A stretch of DNA of 64,000 nucleotides, taken from positions 21,755-85,754 of the forward strand of contig JAEWAB010000006.1 of assembly GCA_023391875.1 (NCBI GenBank), read 5' to 3'. Source of the stretch: Bacillota bacterium (lineage in GTDB: Bacteria > Bacillota > Clostridia > Oscillospirales > Ruminococcaceae). The notes beneath the pieces are model-generated. The model was not told the DNA's origin and made no database searches. It saw nothing but the letters and a program-made list of their open reading frames with translations. The stretch's first letter is position 1, and every line of letters starts with the position of its first letter. Shown one piece after another: positions 10,121 to 19,845 of the stretch. The position numbers were made by a program, and so were the translations under genes.

Positions 10121-11071
10121 CTAAACCTTCTCAGCCTGCCGCGCTCTCAGCGCGGTGAGGATGGCAATACCGGCGGCATTGTCACTTGAAAACTCCGGTT
10201 GTGCAAACAATCCGCCGTATTTTTTTGTAAGGTGCGCGCGTATGATGGAGTTTGACATCACACCGCCCGCGTAGATAAGCGGCAGGCTGCCGTACTTAGC
10301 AAGGGCGAGCTCCGTCATCCTATCGAGTGTCTCGTCGATATAGGCAATACAGTAGCGCGCAATATCACACTTAGGGACGCCTTCGTCAAACATCCTTTTG
10401 CAGATGTTCTCAAGCCCCGACAGGCAGCAATCCTGCCCGCGGATGGTAGAGGTTACTTTATACTTCACGGTACTTTCAAGCGCTAACGCCTCAAGATGCC
10501 TTCCTGCGGGAAAGGGCAGCCCTAACAGCACGCCTACGCGGTCTACCGCCTGCCCGGCTTTTAAATCAAGGCTTGTACCAATCTGTGTGATCTCGAAAAG
10601 ATGTTCCCTGCCCGGTGTTACCAACAGGCAGTCGGTGGTGCCGCCCGAAACATGGAACGCGATAAAGCGTTCTTTGATCAAATCCAGCCGGTTTACCGAA
10701 AATAGCGCCGCGGCGATGTGCCCCGCCTGATGTGAAAAATCGTAAACGGGTACCCGCAGGACACTGGCCACCAACACCGCGTTACACTCACCCACCAGAA
10801 AGCAGGGCATATATGAGCCTGAAACATCCCTCGGGCGCGCGGAATAACCTACCGCGCTGATGTTAGAACAGGAAGCGGCTTGAAACAACTGCTCCATAAT
10901 ACCCGGGAGCTGTTTTACATGGCTAAAGACGGCATCACTCTGCTTTAATCCAAGTGTACCGTCTTTTACGGGCAGCAGCTGTTTTTTATGCGTAATGGTA
11001 CCAGCAATATCGTCATAGACGGCTGCGGAGGTGGTATAGTTGCTGGTATCTATCCCCAGATAGAATGCCAT
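10121..11071 (-). CDS. TsaD/Kae1-like (peptidase M22 family) protein, probable paralogue
   Basis: LGIDTSNYTTS, SHQAGH, VSGGTT, AGQAVDR and DNAAGIA match the ASKHA TsaD scaffold with substitutions. Confidence 0.8.
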   Translation of the reverse strand: MAFYLGIDTSNYTTSAAVYDDIAGTITHKKQLLPVKDGTLGLKQSDAVFSHVKQLPGIMEQLFQAASCSNISAVGYSARPRDVSGSYMPCFLVGECNAVLVASVLRVPVYDFSHQAGHIAAALFSVNRLDLIKERFIAFHVSGGTTDCLLVTPGREHLFEITQIGTSLDLKAGQAVDRVGVLLGLPFPAGRHLEALALESTVKYKVTSTIRGQDCCLSGLENICKRMFDEGVPKCDIARYCIAYIDETLDRMTELALAKYGSLPLIYAGGVMSNSIIRAHLTKKYGGLFAQPEFSSDNAAGIAILTALRARQAEKV

Positions 11072-11078
11072 ACCGCTA

Positions 11079-11558
11079 TTACTCCTCTGTTTTATCCGGA
11101 GCAGGTGTTTCCGTCACTTCGGTTTGCTCCTGCACAGGGCCTGCGGTGTCGGCCTTCTTCTCCGCCTCAAGCTCCTTGGCGGCAGTACCGAGTACGCCGT
11201 TTACGAAGGCCGAGTCGTCCTCCCCCGCATACTTCTTTGCAATCTCAACCGCTTCGTTGATGGAAACACTCACGGGGATGTCGTTTTCATACGTCATCTC
11301 ATAAAGCGCAAGCCTTAGCACGGCAAAAGCCACTTTCGAGATTCGGTTCATCTTCCACTTGGTTGAAAGTCTCTCAATGCGCGTGTCAAATTCCTCGAAA
11401 TGTTCTACCGCATGCAGCGCGGCCTCCGCAGCAAAGGGTTCCAATTCAAGCTCTCTGCTTTTTACAGCAAGGTCGATGATCTCCTGCATGCTTTCAGGGC
11501 GAAATGATTTTTCAAATAACAGAATAAACGCCTGTTCCCGGGCTTCTCTACGCGACAT
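11079..11558 (-). CDS. nusB: Transcription antitermination factor NusB
   Basis: SRREARE, LRLALYE, INEAVEIAKKY, FVNGVLG. Confidence 0.95.
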   Translation of the reverse strand: MSRREAREQAFILLFEKSFRPESMQEIIDLAVKSRELELEPFAAEAALHAVEHFEEFDTRIERLSTKWKMNRISKVAFAVLRLALYEMTYENDIPVSVSINEAVEIAKKYAGEDDSAFVNGVLGTAAKELEAEKKADTAGPVQEQTEVTETPAPDKTEE

Positions 11559-11620
11559 GTTTTGAGCATCCTTTCAGGTATTGTGAAAATGAAAATCGGT
11601 TTTTATCCATAATACAAAAT

Positions 11621-11646
11621 AAGCCCTCCGCCTTTAAGGAGGGCTT
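11621..11646 (-). terminator. Hairpin, probable terminator after the asp23-like gene
   Basis: AAGCCCTCC-8nt-GGAGGGCTT, followed by ATTTT on the minus strand. Confidence 0.6.
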
Positions 11647-11657
11647 ACCGGTTCTGC

Positions 11658-12026
11658 TTATTGCTTATCGTCGGCATCGTTAAAGATGATGGAGATTACA
11701 TGCACATTCACCTTTGAAACCGCTATGCCTGTCATGCTCTGCACCGAGGCCTTGACATTGGACTGTATTTGTTGTGCAACCTCCTGTATCTTGGCTCCCG
11801 CCACGAGGTTAACATATACGTCGATTACGGCCACATCGTCTCGCACCGAAAGTTTAACTGGCTTGGGAACAACAGGTTTTGAAACCAGCCCTTTAAAGCT
11901 TGTGGGCATAGATGCAAGCTCGGCTACCCCGTTAATCTCTCTGGTTGCGGTGCAGGTAATCTTCGAAATAACATCCTCCGAGATCTTTAAACTGCCAACG
12001 GTATCCTTGATTGTATTCTCTTTCAT
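11658..12026 (-). CDS. Asp23/Gls24 family envelope stress response protein
   Basis: GSLKISEDVI..., IQSNVKASVQSMTG..VSKVNVHV; upstream of nusB as for yqhY. Confidence 0.9.
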   Translation of the reverse strand: MKENTIKDTVGSLKISEDVISKITCTATREINGVAELASMPTSFKGLVSKPVVPKPVKLSVRDDVAVIDVYVNLVAGAKIQEVAQQIQSNVKASVQSMTGIAVSKVNVHVISIIFNDADDKQ

Positions 12027-12099
12027 GTAAACCTCCGTTTCGCCACCATTTACCGGCATAATTTAATTATTAAGATGTAATTTAGCATAAGATACAGAC

Positions 12100-12147
12100 A
12101 AAAAATAAAGTGGTATAACACCATTTGCTATAATGGTATTATACCAC
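12100..12147 (-). terminator. Intrinsic terminator of the spoIIIA operon
   Basis: 16-bp stem GTGGTATAATACCATT/AATGGTGTTATACCAC (one G:U on the minus strand), then TTTATTTTTT. Confidence 0.8.
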
Positions 12148-12165
12148 AAAATGAGAAAGACACAA

Positions 12166-12777
12166 CTATTTTACCGGAATAATCGTGATATTTTCTGCCA
12201 ATACATTGCATTCTTTTAATACAATGTCCTTAATCTGTGCGGCTTCACTGTTGAGTAGGCCGTCGGTTTTAACCACGATACTGGCCTTGTCGCCGTCTAT
12301 AAACGCAATGCAGTCGTCAAAGCCTTTGGCCTTAATCAGGCTTTCGATATTGCTCTCGGCATCAATGGCATCGGAGAGACTGGCCGCCGTCGCAATGGCG
12401 ATATTCTTTTCTTCCTCGCTTACCTGAGAGTCTTTTAGGATATTCTGCAGGGTCTCTACTGCTTCATCCCGGCTCTGCTTTTTGTTGAGGCGTGCCTCTA
12501 TAAAGTAATCCTCTCCGGCTTCGTTGCTCAAAGCCGCCTGTGCCGCGTCGGTGGCATCATCGGTAACGCCTGTAATATCGGTAACATCTACAGCATCTGC
12601 GGGTGCTTCATCCTCGTTGGCCACGAACTGCGCCTCGCCATAATTCTTGGAAGCCTCCACATCATCTGTTAAGGTTAAATCCTTGCCGGTCTTGGAGAAC
12701 TGCCAGTTTAGATAAATGGCAACCCCCAGCGCCAATACCAGTGTAGCGAGCAATATCTGTCTTTTCCCAAACACCAT
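12166..12777 (-). CDS. spoIIIAH: Stage III sporulation protein AH
   Basis: N-terminal TM helix (AIYLNW), YFIEARL, IESLIKAKGFDD; last gene of the spoIIIA cluster. Confidence 0.9.
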   Translation of the reverse strand: MVFGKRQILLATLVLALGVAIYLNWQFSKTGKDLTLTDDVEASKNYGEAQFVANEDEAPADAVDVTDITGVTDDATDAAQAALSNEAGEDYFIEARLNKKQSRDEAVETLQNILKDSQVSEEEKNIAIATAASLSDAIDAESNIESLIKAKGFDDCIAFIDGDKASIVVKTDGLLNSEAAQIKDIVLKECNVLAENITIIPVK

Positions 12778-12802
12778 AAGTACGATTCCTCCCAACCGTT
12801 AA

Positions 12803-13390
12803 TTATTTTTCGTTAGACATTTTTGTGACGCAAACCCTGTTTGACCCTATGTCAAGCGCCGTGGTCACCGCGTCAATAATTCGTGACCGCACTGTCGTAT
12901 CATCACCGCCTTCACATACCACCACAACCCCTTTTACAAGCGGCGCTTTTTGTGTTGTAAGCAGCGCCTGCTTTCCTTCGGAGCCATCCACAAAGATATA
13001 CTTCTCCTCGGTACTGTCCTTCTGGGTTGTTTTGGTGCCTTGCCCGTCCTGGGCATCCCTGGTTACGTCCGTATTGCTTTTTTCCTCTTTGGCATACACA
13101 TATTCAGCGCTGCTTTCCAGCGTAACCATGACTTTAGCTTTCCCTACTCCATCAATGGCTGTAACCATATCGTAGATCTGCTGCTCAATCTCCTGGTTGC
13201 TTTCGGTAAAGGTGCTGTCACTGGCGGTATTGGCCGTTTTCTTTGGCTGCTTGGGAGCGATTAGGTCCGAAAGCAGGATGAGAACAATGCCAAGCACCCC
13301 GATAAAAACAATGACCTTTACTTTTTTATCGCCTTTTAAAAAGTCTAAAAGCTTTTCCTTAAAGCCCCCATAGTTTTGTTTTCCTGACAT
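12803..13390 (-). CDS. spoIIIAG: Stage III sporulation protein AG
   Basis: IDGVGKAKVMVTLE, GVVVVCEGG, AVTTAL motifs. Confidence 0.9.
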   Translation of the reverse strand: MSGKQNYGGFKEKLLDFLKGDKKVKVIVFIGVLGIVLILLSDLIAPKQPKKTANTASDSTFTESNQEIEQQIYDMVTAIDGVGKAKVMVTLESSAEYVYAKEEKSNTDVTRDAQDGQGTKTTQKDSTEEKYIFVDGSEGKQALLTTQKAPLVKGVVVVCEGGDDTTVRSRIIDAVTTALDIGSNRVCVTKMSNEK

Positions 13391-13406
13391 ATCGTCCTCC
13401 ACAAAA

Positions 13407-13889
13407 TCAGGTATCGGATGGCCGGGTGAAGGTTATATTTACCCGATTGCCTGTTTTTTGGCTTATATACTCTCTTATCTCCGCTTCGCGCGAAATAAAT
13501 TCAGGCGGTAAAACAATATCTATCTGACTAATAGATATGCTGGCATTGTCCGCAGTATTATACCTAATTGAAATATTTTCAGCCTCGGCGTCAATCTCTT
13601 TCAGCAGCGCGCCAACCTTTGCGGCTACGGCGCTGGATACCTGTTCATCCACCGTGGTCGTAAGATTATTCTGCACCTGCTGCATCTCTTCTTGTGCATC
13701 CTGCGCAAGTGTCAGGTGAATTTCGGGGAAGTGCATGATAACCGGTGAGATGATACAGCTTAAAAAGAAGGCCGCCACCACCAGCTTCATGATCTTTTCA
13801 AGGCTTGTGTTAGGAATGAGCAGGTTCATCACGCCGCCGGCGACAGCCGCGACACAAAGGGATATCGCCCACACCTTTAAGTCCGCCAT
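13407..13889 (-). CDS. spoIIIAF: Stage III sporulation protein AF
   Basis: Two N-terminal TM helices (LLIPN..KIMKLVV..IISP); position between AE and AG. Confidence 0.8.
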   Translation of the reverse strand: MADLKVWAISLCVAAVAGGVMNLLIPNTSLEKIMKLVVAAFFLSCIISPVIMHFPEIHLTLAQDAQEEMQQVQNNLTTTVDEQVSSAVAAKVGALLKEIDAEAENISIRYNTADNASISISQIDIVLPPEFISREAEIREYISQKTGNRVNITFTRPSDT

Positions 13890-13920
13890 TAGAACAGGCT
13901 CACTCCCTTTCTTTTCGGCA

Positions 13921-15075
13921 TTACATAGCGCCTGAGCTGATGACAAGGGTAATGGTGGTGGCAACGATAAGCAACAGCGCAAAGCAGAGTATTACCGCCA
14001 GGAGCAATGAAACCGCCGTAGCGGAGGATTTTAATACCTCACTGACCGGCTTAAGGTCAAAGATATCGCTTACCGCCGCCGCGATATTGAGCGTAAGGTA
14101 CCATATGGCGGCATCGATTAGCACCGGCAAAAAGATGATAACGGCGGCGATGATGCCAAACCCGCCCACAACGCTTTTGAGCAGAGAGATGCAGCCGCCA
14201 ACAGAGGCTACGGCGTCGGATAAGGCGCCGCCAACGATCGGGACAAAGCTGCCGACTAAAAACTTACCCGCCTTTATCGCTACGCTGTCGGCACCCGTAG
14301 AGACGATGGTTTGCACCCCCAATAGCCCGACAAAGATGGTAATGATAAACCCTAAAATCCATGTTGCGCAGCTCTTGATCATCTTGGCTGCGCCGACGAG
14401 ATTGAGCTGGGGCGAAACCGCTGAGACGATACAAAACGCCAGATAGATACAAAGCAGCGGCACCACGGTGGTGGAGGCAATCTGAGAAACCAGCTCGGCG
14501 GCCGTAAACAAAAACAGGCTGTAGGTGGACGCGGTAACGGGCTGCCCCGACACCGCCATAATGCCGGACAGCACCGGCACAAACCCCAGCATAAAGTTGG
14601 CACAATCGTAAACCGCACGTGAGGTTCTTTCTATGCAAGACCAGATGGGGGTAATAATACCTGCCACGACGCATAATACCGAAACGGTGGTAAATACCCC
14701 GCCGATGGGCTTTTGCAAAAAGCCTTCTTTAAACCCGTCCACCAGCGAGCAAAGCAGGATAATACCTAAAATAGAATAAAACAATATCTTCGGCTTTGAA
14801 AGCGTGTCTTTTACCATGAGCCATATGACGTTAAAGAACTGTGAGGGCTCAAGCGATATCAGGCTGCCCGGTGTTAGCTGGTCAATACCAAGTTCACGCA
14901 GATACGCCTGTGTTTCACTCGGCAGCATAAATACCAGTTCACCCGCGCCGCTTGCCTCCAGCTGCTGCTCAAACAGCTCTTCGGTCGGAGGAGGTTCAAC
15001 AGTATCTGTCGGTTCGGCATAGATTGGGGTAGCCAGCAGCAGCACCAGTGCAATGAACAGCAATAACCTTTTCAT
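13921..15075 (-). CDS. spoIIIAE: Stage III sporulation protein AE
   Basis: Multi-TM protein with FVPIVGGALSDA..LLKS.VG; signal-like N-terminus at 15075. Confidence 0.9.
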   Translation of the reverse strand: MKRLLLFIALVLLLATPIYAEPTDTVEPPPTEELFEQQLEASGAGELVFMLPSETQAYLRELGIDQLTPGSLISLEPSQFFNVIWLMVKDTLSKPKILFYSILGIILLCSLVDGFKEGFLQKPIGGVFTTVSVLCVVAGIITPIWSCIERTSRAVYDCANFMLGFVPVLSGIMAVSGQPVTASTYSLFLFTAAELVSQIASTTVVPLLCIYLAFCIVSAVSPQLNLVGAAKMIKSCATWILGFIITIFVGLLGVQTIVSTGADSVAIKAGKFLVGSFVPIVGGALSDAVASVGGCISLLKSVVGGFGIIAAVIIFLPVLIDAAIWYLTLNIAAAVSDIFDLKPVSEVLKSSATAVSLLLAVILCFALLLIVATTITLVISSGAM

Positions 15076-15115
15076 GCTCTCTTTTCCGTTCCGCCGCAAC
15101 TGCGGCACCATACTT

Positions 15116-15508
15116 CTATCCTGCGGAGATAAGTGTTTTCGCGACCTCGAGAATCTGCTTAAAAAGCGGCAGCGACTGCAGCAGCACCGCAATCTTGCCC
15201 GCGGTTTCCACCTTGGTGGCAATGGTGCCCGCGCCCGAATCGCGGCACACGTCCGCCGCCAGCTGTGTGATAAAACAGATGCCAAGGCATTTAAAAAGAA
15301 TGACAATATATTCGACGGGCATGTTGGTAGACTCTATCAATTCTTCGACCTGCGACAGGATGGGTGCTGCGGCGGTAAGCACCAGCAAGAGGATGACAAT
15401 CCCCGCGCCGAGGTTGATTAAGACGGAATACTCCGGCTTATACTGTTTGAGCAGCACCGAGATGGCAGCCGCGATGATGGCAGCGCCTGCAATGGTAATG
15501 ATGTTCAT
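15116..15508 (-). CDS. spoIIIAD: Stage III sporulation protein AD
   Basis: LKQYKPEY, K.LGI..ITQ.AAD.CRDSG...IATKVE.AGK. Confidence 0.92.
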   Translation of the reverse strand: MNIITIAGAAIIAAAISVLLKQYKPEYSVLINLGAGIVILLLVLTAAAPILSQVEELIESTNMPVEYIVILFKCLGICFITQLAADVCRDSGAGTIATKVETAGKIAVLLQSLPLFKQILEVAKTLISAG

Positions 15509-15510
15509 GG

Positions 15511-15705
15511 CTACAGCCCAAACACGCTTTTTACCGTCTCAAACAGGTTGCTGATTTCGTAGATGATCATCATCAGTACAACAATCAGCCCCGCAAGCGT
15601 TGTCATCATCGCCTGCTCCTCCCTGCCCGAGCGGATAAGCACCTGATTCAGCACGGCCACAATGATCCCGATTGCCGCAATCTTAAAGATTAAATCCACT
15701 TCCAT
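15511..15705 (-). CDS. spoIIIAC: Stage III sporulation protein AC
   Basis: MEVDLIFKIAAIGIIVAVLNQVL.RSGREEQA: typical AC sequence. Confidence 0.95.
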   Translation of the reverse strand: MEVDLIFKIAAIGIIVAVLNQVLIRSGREEQAMMTTLAGLIVVLMMIIYEISNLFETVKSVFGL

Positions 15706-15758
15706 AGCCTATAAGCTCCATTCCGTCTTTTTAATTTCAGCCTGTTTTCAGGCATTCT

Positions 15759-16271
15759 CTATAGAATGAGCACCGCCAGTCCGATACCCGCAAGTACCCC
15801 CAAGGTGGTATACATCTTCGCGTGCGCCGTGCTCTCGCTCCTGGCCTTTTCATGGCTCTGGGCAAACATTTTAAGGTAGAGGGCGATGGTTTTGCCCTGT
15901 TCCTCCGAATCGGTGGTACCAATGTACTCACCTAACGCGTAAAGGCGGTTCATGTCTTCGTCGCCGAGCAGGATGCTACTTTTCCCTTGGGTAACGGCTG
16001 TGCGCCAAGCCTCCGGAAAGGATATCCCCGCACGGAGTTCATCCCTCACCTGCTTCAGAAACCGCAGGCTGTCGAATCGCTCGGAATCCGCCAAGGACGC
16101 AATGATCTCGGCTACCGGCATCCTGCTATAACTGATCTGCGCTGAAAAATAATCGAGCATCTCCATGATCTTCTCAAGGTAGTTTGCTCTGTCTATCAGC
16201 CTGCGGCACATGGATACTCCAACCGCCGAGCAGGTTATGATTATACAGATGGCCCCGCCTACTTTGAGCAT
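15759..16271 (-). CDS. spoIIIAB: Stage III sporulation protein AB
   Basis: MLKVGG N-terminal TM, LG..IGTTD, C-terminal KMY.TLGVL.G TM. Confidence 0.88.
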   Translation of the reverse strand: MLKVGGAICIIITCSAVGVSMCRRLIDRANYLEKIMEMLDYFSAQISYSRMPVAEIIASLADSERFDSLRFLKQVRDELRAGISFPEAWRTAVTQGKSSILLGDEDMNRLYALGEYIGTTDSEEQGKTIALYLKMFAQSHEKARSESTAHAKMYTTLGVLAGIGLAVLIL

Positions 16272-17220
16272 CCCATTCACCTGCCTTAATGATCTCTTTG
16301 ATCTTTCCGGGTGCATCGGCGCCGTGTAGAAACACAATATTCGGGAACGCGCCTAAGGCTATCAGACGCATAATCTGTTTTTTATGCCGCAGCTCCTCTA
16401 TATCGGCGGCATGGGCGGAGGCCACCACGCATACCCCGCAGTTCAAGCCCGTTTGTATGGCCTTCGCCTCCTCCTCGCTGCCGATTTCATCGCAGATAAT
16501 CACGTCGGGCGCGAGACATTTTACCGCAATCATCAACCCTTCGCCCTTGGGGTAGCCGTCCAGCACATCACAGCGCGGGCCAAGGTTATTCTCTGCCTGT
16601 CCGCAATGCGTGGCCGCAAGCTCGCCGCGCTCGTCCACAATGGCTACCCGCGTATTGTTTATTGAAAGCTGACGTGCAAGGTCGCGCAGCACCGTCGTTT
16701 TTCCGCTGGCGGGCACCCCGCATATCAGCAGCCCACACAACCCCTGCGACAGCACGCGGTTAAATATTTCATCAGCGGCACCGTTAATCTCGCGCGCCAC
16801 ACGAATGTTGACGGATGAAATATCCCTTAGGCCGGTTATCTTGCCTTCCTCCACTACCGCCGTACCGCAAACCCCCGCCCTATGGCCGTTTTTTACGGTA
16901 ATAAACCCTGACGCGATCTCATTTTGATGGCTGTATACAGAATATCCGCACAACTTTTTAAAGCACTCGTTTACTTCATCCTTGGTAACAATCAGCGATT
17001 GCGATGTTTGCGCCGCCGCGAGGCTGCCATCGTTTTGAAACAGCCAATCCGCCGAAACGAGGTTTACCGCAAGCGGTTTTCCGGCGCGCAGGCGAATCTC
17101 CCGCACTTGTCCCTTTTTAACGTCTGATAGATTCTTGATGTATATGCTAAGGCGCAAAGGCAAAAAGCTTGCCACGTCGTCTACGCGCTGTACGTTTCCT
17201 GCTAGTCCCACATGCATCAC
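16174..17220 (-). CDS. spoIIIAA: Stage III sporulation protein AA (ATPase)
   Basis: EIRLRAGKP, GHRAG.CG, Walker A GVPASGKTT, DERGEL, DEIG. Confidence 0.93.
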   Translation of the reverse strand: MMHVGLAGNVQRVDDVASFLPLRLSIYIKNLSDVKKGQVREIRLRAGKPLAVNLVSADWLFQNDGSLAAAQTSQSLIVTKDEVNECFKKLCGYSVYSHQNEIASGFITVKNGHRAGVCGTAVVEEGKITGLRDISSVNIRVAREINGAADEIFNRVLSQGLCGLLICGVPASGKTTVLRDLARQLSINNTRVAIVDERGELAATHCGQAENNLGPRCDVLDGYPKGEGLMIAVKCLAPDVIICDEIGSEEEAKAIQTGLNCGVCVVASAHAADIEELRHKKQIMRLIALGAFPNIVFLHGADAPGKIKEIIKAGEWDAQSRRGHLYNHNLLGGWSIHVPQADRQSKLP

Positions 17221-17245
17221 TCCTGCTTGTACTACCTGCTACTGT

Positions 17246-17274
17246 AATATATTCACCTCCCAAACTTTTAGAAC
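17246..17274 (-). promoter_or_regulatory. Putative sigma-E promoter of the spoIIIA operon
   Basis: Minus strand GTTCTA-15nt-AATATATT; spoIIIA is an established sigma-E target. Confidence 0.55.
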
Positions 17275-17277
17275 AGC

Positions 17278-17310
17278 AAAAAAACAGGAAGGCAAAAGCC
17301 TTCCTGTTTT
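17278..17310 (-). terminator. Intrinsic terminator after secF
   Basis: AAAACAGGAAGGC-4nt-GCCTTCCTGTTTT perfect stem with U tract. Confidence 0.85.
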
Positions 17311-17337
17311 CAATGAGTTATTGTGTGTTATAAACGC

Positions 17338-18294
17338 TTAGATTTTGATCTTGCCAACCGATGAAGACGGCTTGCCACTTGGCTTATTGCCGATCTTCTT
17401 CGCGCGGTAGTTCTTCCAAACTACCCACAGCGGGCCAGCGATGCAGATGGTGGAGTACACACCGGAGATCATACCGATAATCATCGGGAACGCGAAGGAG
17501 AAGATGGAGGTAACGCCGTTAATCAGTGCCACCACGCAAACCGTAATCATAACCAGCAAACCGCAGGCGCTGGTGTTGATGGAACGCGTCAGCGACTGGT
17601 TGATGCTGAGGTTTACAATCTCGGCCAGTTCCTTCTTCCCGCCGTATATCTTCTCATTCTCACGGATACGGTCGTAGATTACGATGGTATCGTTGATGGA
17701 GAAACCGAGGATGGTAAGTACTACCGCAATGAAGTTGTCATTAATCGGAATTCTAAAGAAGGTAAAGGCCGCAAAAACCATCAGCGCGTCATGGAACAGT
17801 GCCACAACGCCCATTGCGCCAGCGGAGATACCGCCTATTCTGCGGAAGCGGATACCTACATAGATAATAATGAGCAAAGAAGCCGCGGCAACCGCCACAA
17901 GGCACTTCGCGAAGAATTCTTTACCCATTACAGGGTTTACGTTGGATGAATCGAGCAGCGAGATCTGGTTATCTGGGAAGGCCTTAACAATCGAATCGGT
18001 CATCTTCTGCTGATTTTCAATAGTTAGGCTCTCTTCCTCCGTGAGGGAAACAACCAGTTTATTTACGGCACCTGCCGTTTTCTGCACACTTACCTGTTCG
18101 CCGATGGTATCCTGAATAGTGGAAGCAACCGCATTCGGGTCGATATCACCGCTATAGGTATAGTTGATAATGGCGCCGCCCTTGAACTGAATGTCCAGAT
18201 CTACGCCGAAAATAAAGGAAACAATGACGGTAATGAGAATAATGGCAATGGAGATTGTAAAATAAATCTTCTTTTTACCCATGAAGTCAATCAT
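17338..18294 (-). CDS. secF: Protein translocase subunit SecF
   Basis: DIQFKGG, FHDAL, LTILGFSINDTIVIYDRIREN. Confidence 0.95.
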   Translation of the reverse strand: MIDFMGKKKIYFTISIAIILITVIVSFIFGVDLDIQFKGGAIINYTYSGDIDPNAVASTIQDTIGEQVSVQKTAGAVNKLVVSLTEEESLTIENQQKMTDSIVKAFPDNQISLLDSSNVNPVMGKEFFAKCLVAVAAASLLIIIYVGIRFRRIGGISAGAMGVVALFHDALMVFAAFTFFRIPINDNFIAVVLTILGFSINDTIVIYDRIRENEKIYGGKKELAEIVNLSINQSLTRSINTSACGLLVMITVCVVALINGVTSIFSFAFPMIIGMISGVYSTICIAGPLWVVWKNYRAKKIGNKPSGKPSSSVGKIKI

Positions 18295-19691
18295 TATTTT
18301 GCACCTCCATACAGCCAGGGCTTGCGAAGGCCCTTAAACTTTGAAAGCGAGCGCAGCATAAGCCGCGACGCGGTAACGCCCATTAAGAAGTTAAAGATAA
18401 CACCCACGAGCAGCGTGTAGCCGAAGGAATAGATGGCGCCGGTTGTGGATGGGCCAAACATGAAGAAGATGGGGGTGAACAGCTTTGCCCAGAAGCTTGT
18501 CGGCGGGCCGAACGAACCCATGAGGATAGCCGCAACGATGATTACGGTTACGTTACCGTCAAAGATCGCCGTGAAGCCGCGTTCGTAACCAAGGTCGATT
18601 GCGCCTTCAATGGTTTTGCCTGCACGAAGCTCTTCCTTTACACGCTCGGAGGTGATAACGTTCGCGTCAACACCCATACCGATACTTAAGATGATACCGG
18701 CGATACCGGGCAGTGTAAGCGTAAAGCTGGGAATAAAGGTGAAGTAGCCGGATACAGCCATGATAAAGCCTGCAAACTGGCCGGTTAACGCAATGGAGGC
18801 CACTAAGCCGGGCAGCTTATAGTACGCAATCATAAAGATGCACACCAGTACAAACGCGATAAAGCCAGCCACTACCATCGAATCCTTGGCGCTGACGCCG
18901 AGGGTCGGGGAAATGGAGCTGTAGTTTTCGGTTACAAGCTTAAATGGAAGCGCACCGCCGTTGATCTTGTTGGCAAGGTCCATGGCCTCTTGGGGGGTAA
19001 AGCCCTGTGAACCGCCGTTGATGGAGGCATGTCCGCCGGTAATAGCGTCTTCAACCACCGGGTCGGAGATCATGGTGTCATCCATCCAGATAGAGATCTT
19101 TTTGCCCACAAGCCTTGTGGTGGCCTCGCCGAACTTCTTTGCGCCCTCATCGGTTAGCTCGAGCGCAACCTCAGGCTGTGAGGTCTCTGTATTGGTTACG
19201 GCAGAAGCGGATTTTACATCCTTGCCTTCGATTACTATATTGTCCTTCGTAACCCCGGTAGGTAAGCCAGCGGCATCGCGGTTGGCTTCCTCACGGAAGG
19301 TAAGCAGCGCGGTATCGCCAAGCTCCTTGATGGCCTGCTCGGGATTCTTGCTGGACTCCTCATCCTTCCACGGGAAACGGACGATGATGCGGTCTTTCGC
19401 GGTATCGGTGTAAACCTCATAGTCGGTGATATTCTGGGTAACGAGACGCTGTTTGATTACCGACTCGGCAGCTGTCATCTGCGCATCGGTTGCATCGAAG
19501 CCTTCAGGAGGGGTAAACGTAACATCCACGCCACCTCGAATATCAATGCCCCACCGGATATCATTAGCTCCCTTGACATAAACCTTTGTGGTATCGCCGT
19601 ATGTAGTGCGAATACCCACAAACGATGTCACAGCTAAAAAAATGATTAGCGCAAACACAACAAAAAATGTTGCTTTTGAGCCCTTTTTCAT
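18294..19691 (-). CDS. secD: Protein translocase subunit SecD
   Basis: GIDIRGG, GALP, LTLPGIAG.IL.IGMGVDANV..ER.KEE. Confidence 0.95.
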   Translation of the reverse strand: MKKGSKATFFVVFALIIFLAVTSFVGIRTTYGDTTKVYVKGANDIRWGIDIRGGVDVTFTPPEGFDATDAQMTAAESVIKQRLVTQNITDYEVYTDTAKDRIIVRFPWKDEESSKNPEQAIKELGDTALLTFREEANRDAAGLPTGVTKDNIVIEGKDVKSASAVTNTETSQPEVALELTDEGAKKFGEATTRLVGKKISIWMDDTMISDPVVEDAITGGHASINGGSQGFTPQEAMDLANKINGGALPFKLVTENYSSISPTLGVSAKDSMVVAGFIAFVLVCIFMIAYYKLPGLVASIALTGQFAGFIMAVSGYFTFIPSFTLTLPGIAGIILSIGMGVDANVITSERVKEELRAGKTIEGAIDLGYERGFTAIFDGNVTVIIVAAILMGSFGPPTSFWAKLFTPIFFMFGPSTTGAIYSFGYTLLVGVIFNFLMGVTASRLMLRSLSKFKGLRKPWLYGGAK

Positions 19692-19811
19692 AGCCCAATC
19701 CTCCTAGTTATAGTATGCCCAATTTTATATGCTGCAGCTGACCGCATGAGGTGACTAGGGGCTGATAACGATAAGCCGCATGATTCATGAAAATTGGCAA
19801 TCACAACGAAT

Positions 19812-19840
19812 ATTATATTGTTTTCCACACAAAAAGTCAA
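19812..19840 (-). promoter_or_regulatory. sigma-A promoter of secDF
   Basis: Minus strand TTGACT-17bp-TATAAT. Confidence 0.75.
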
Positions 19841-19845
19841 CAAAA

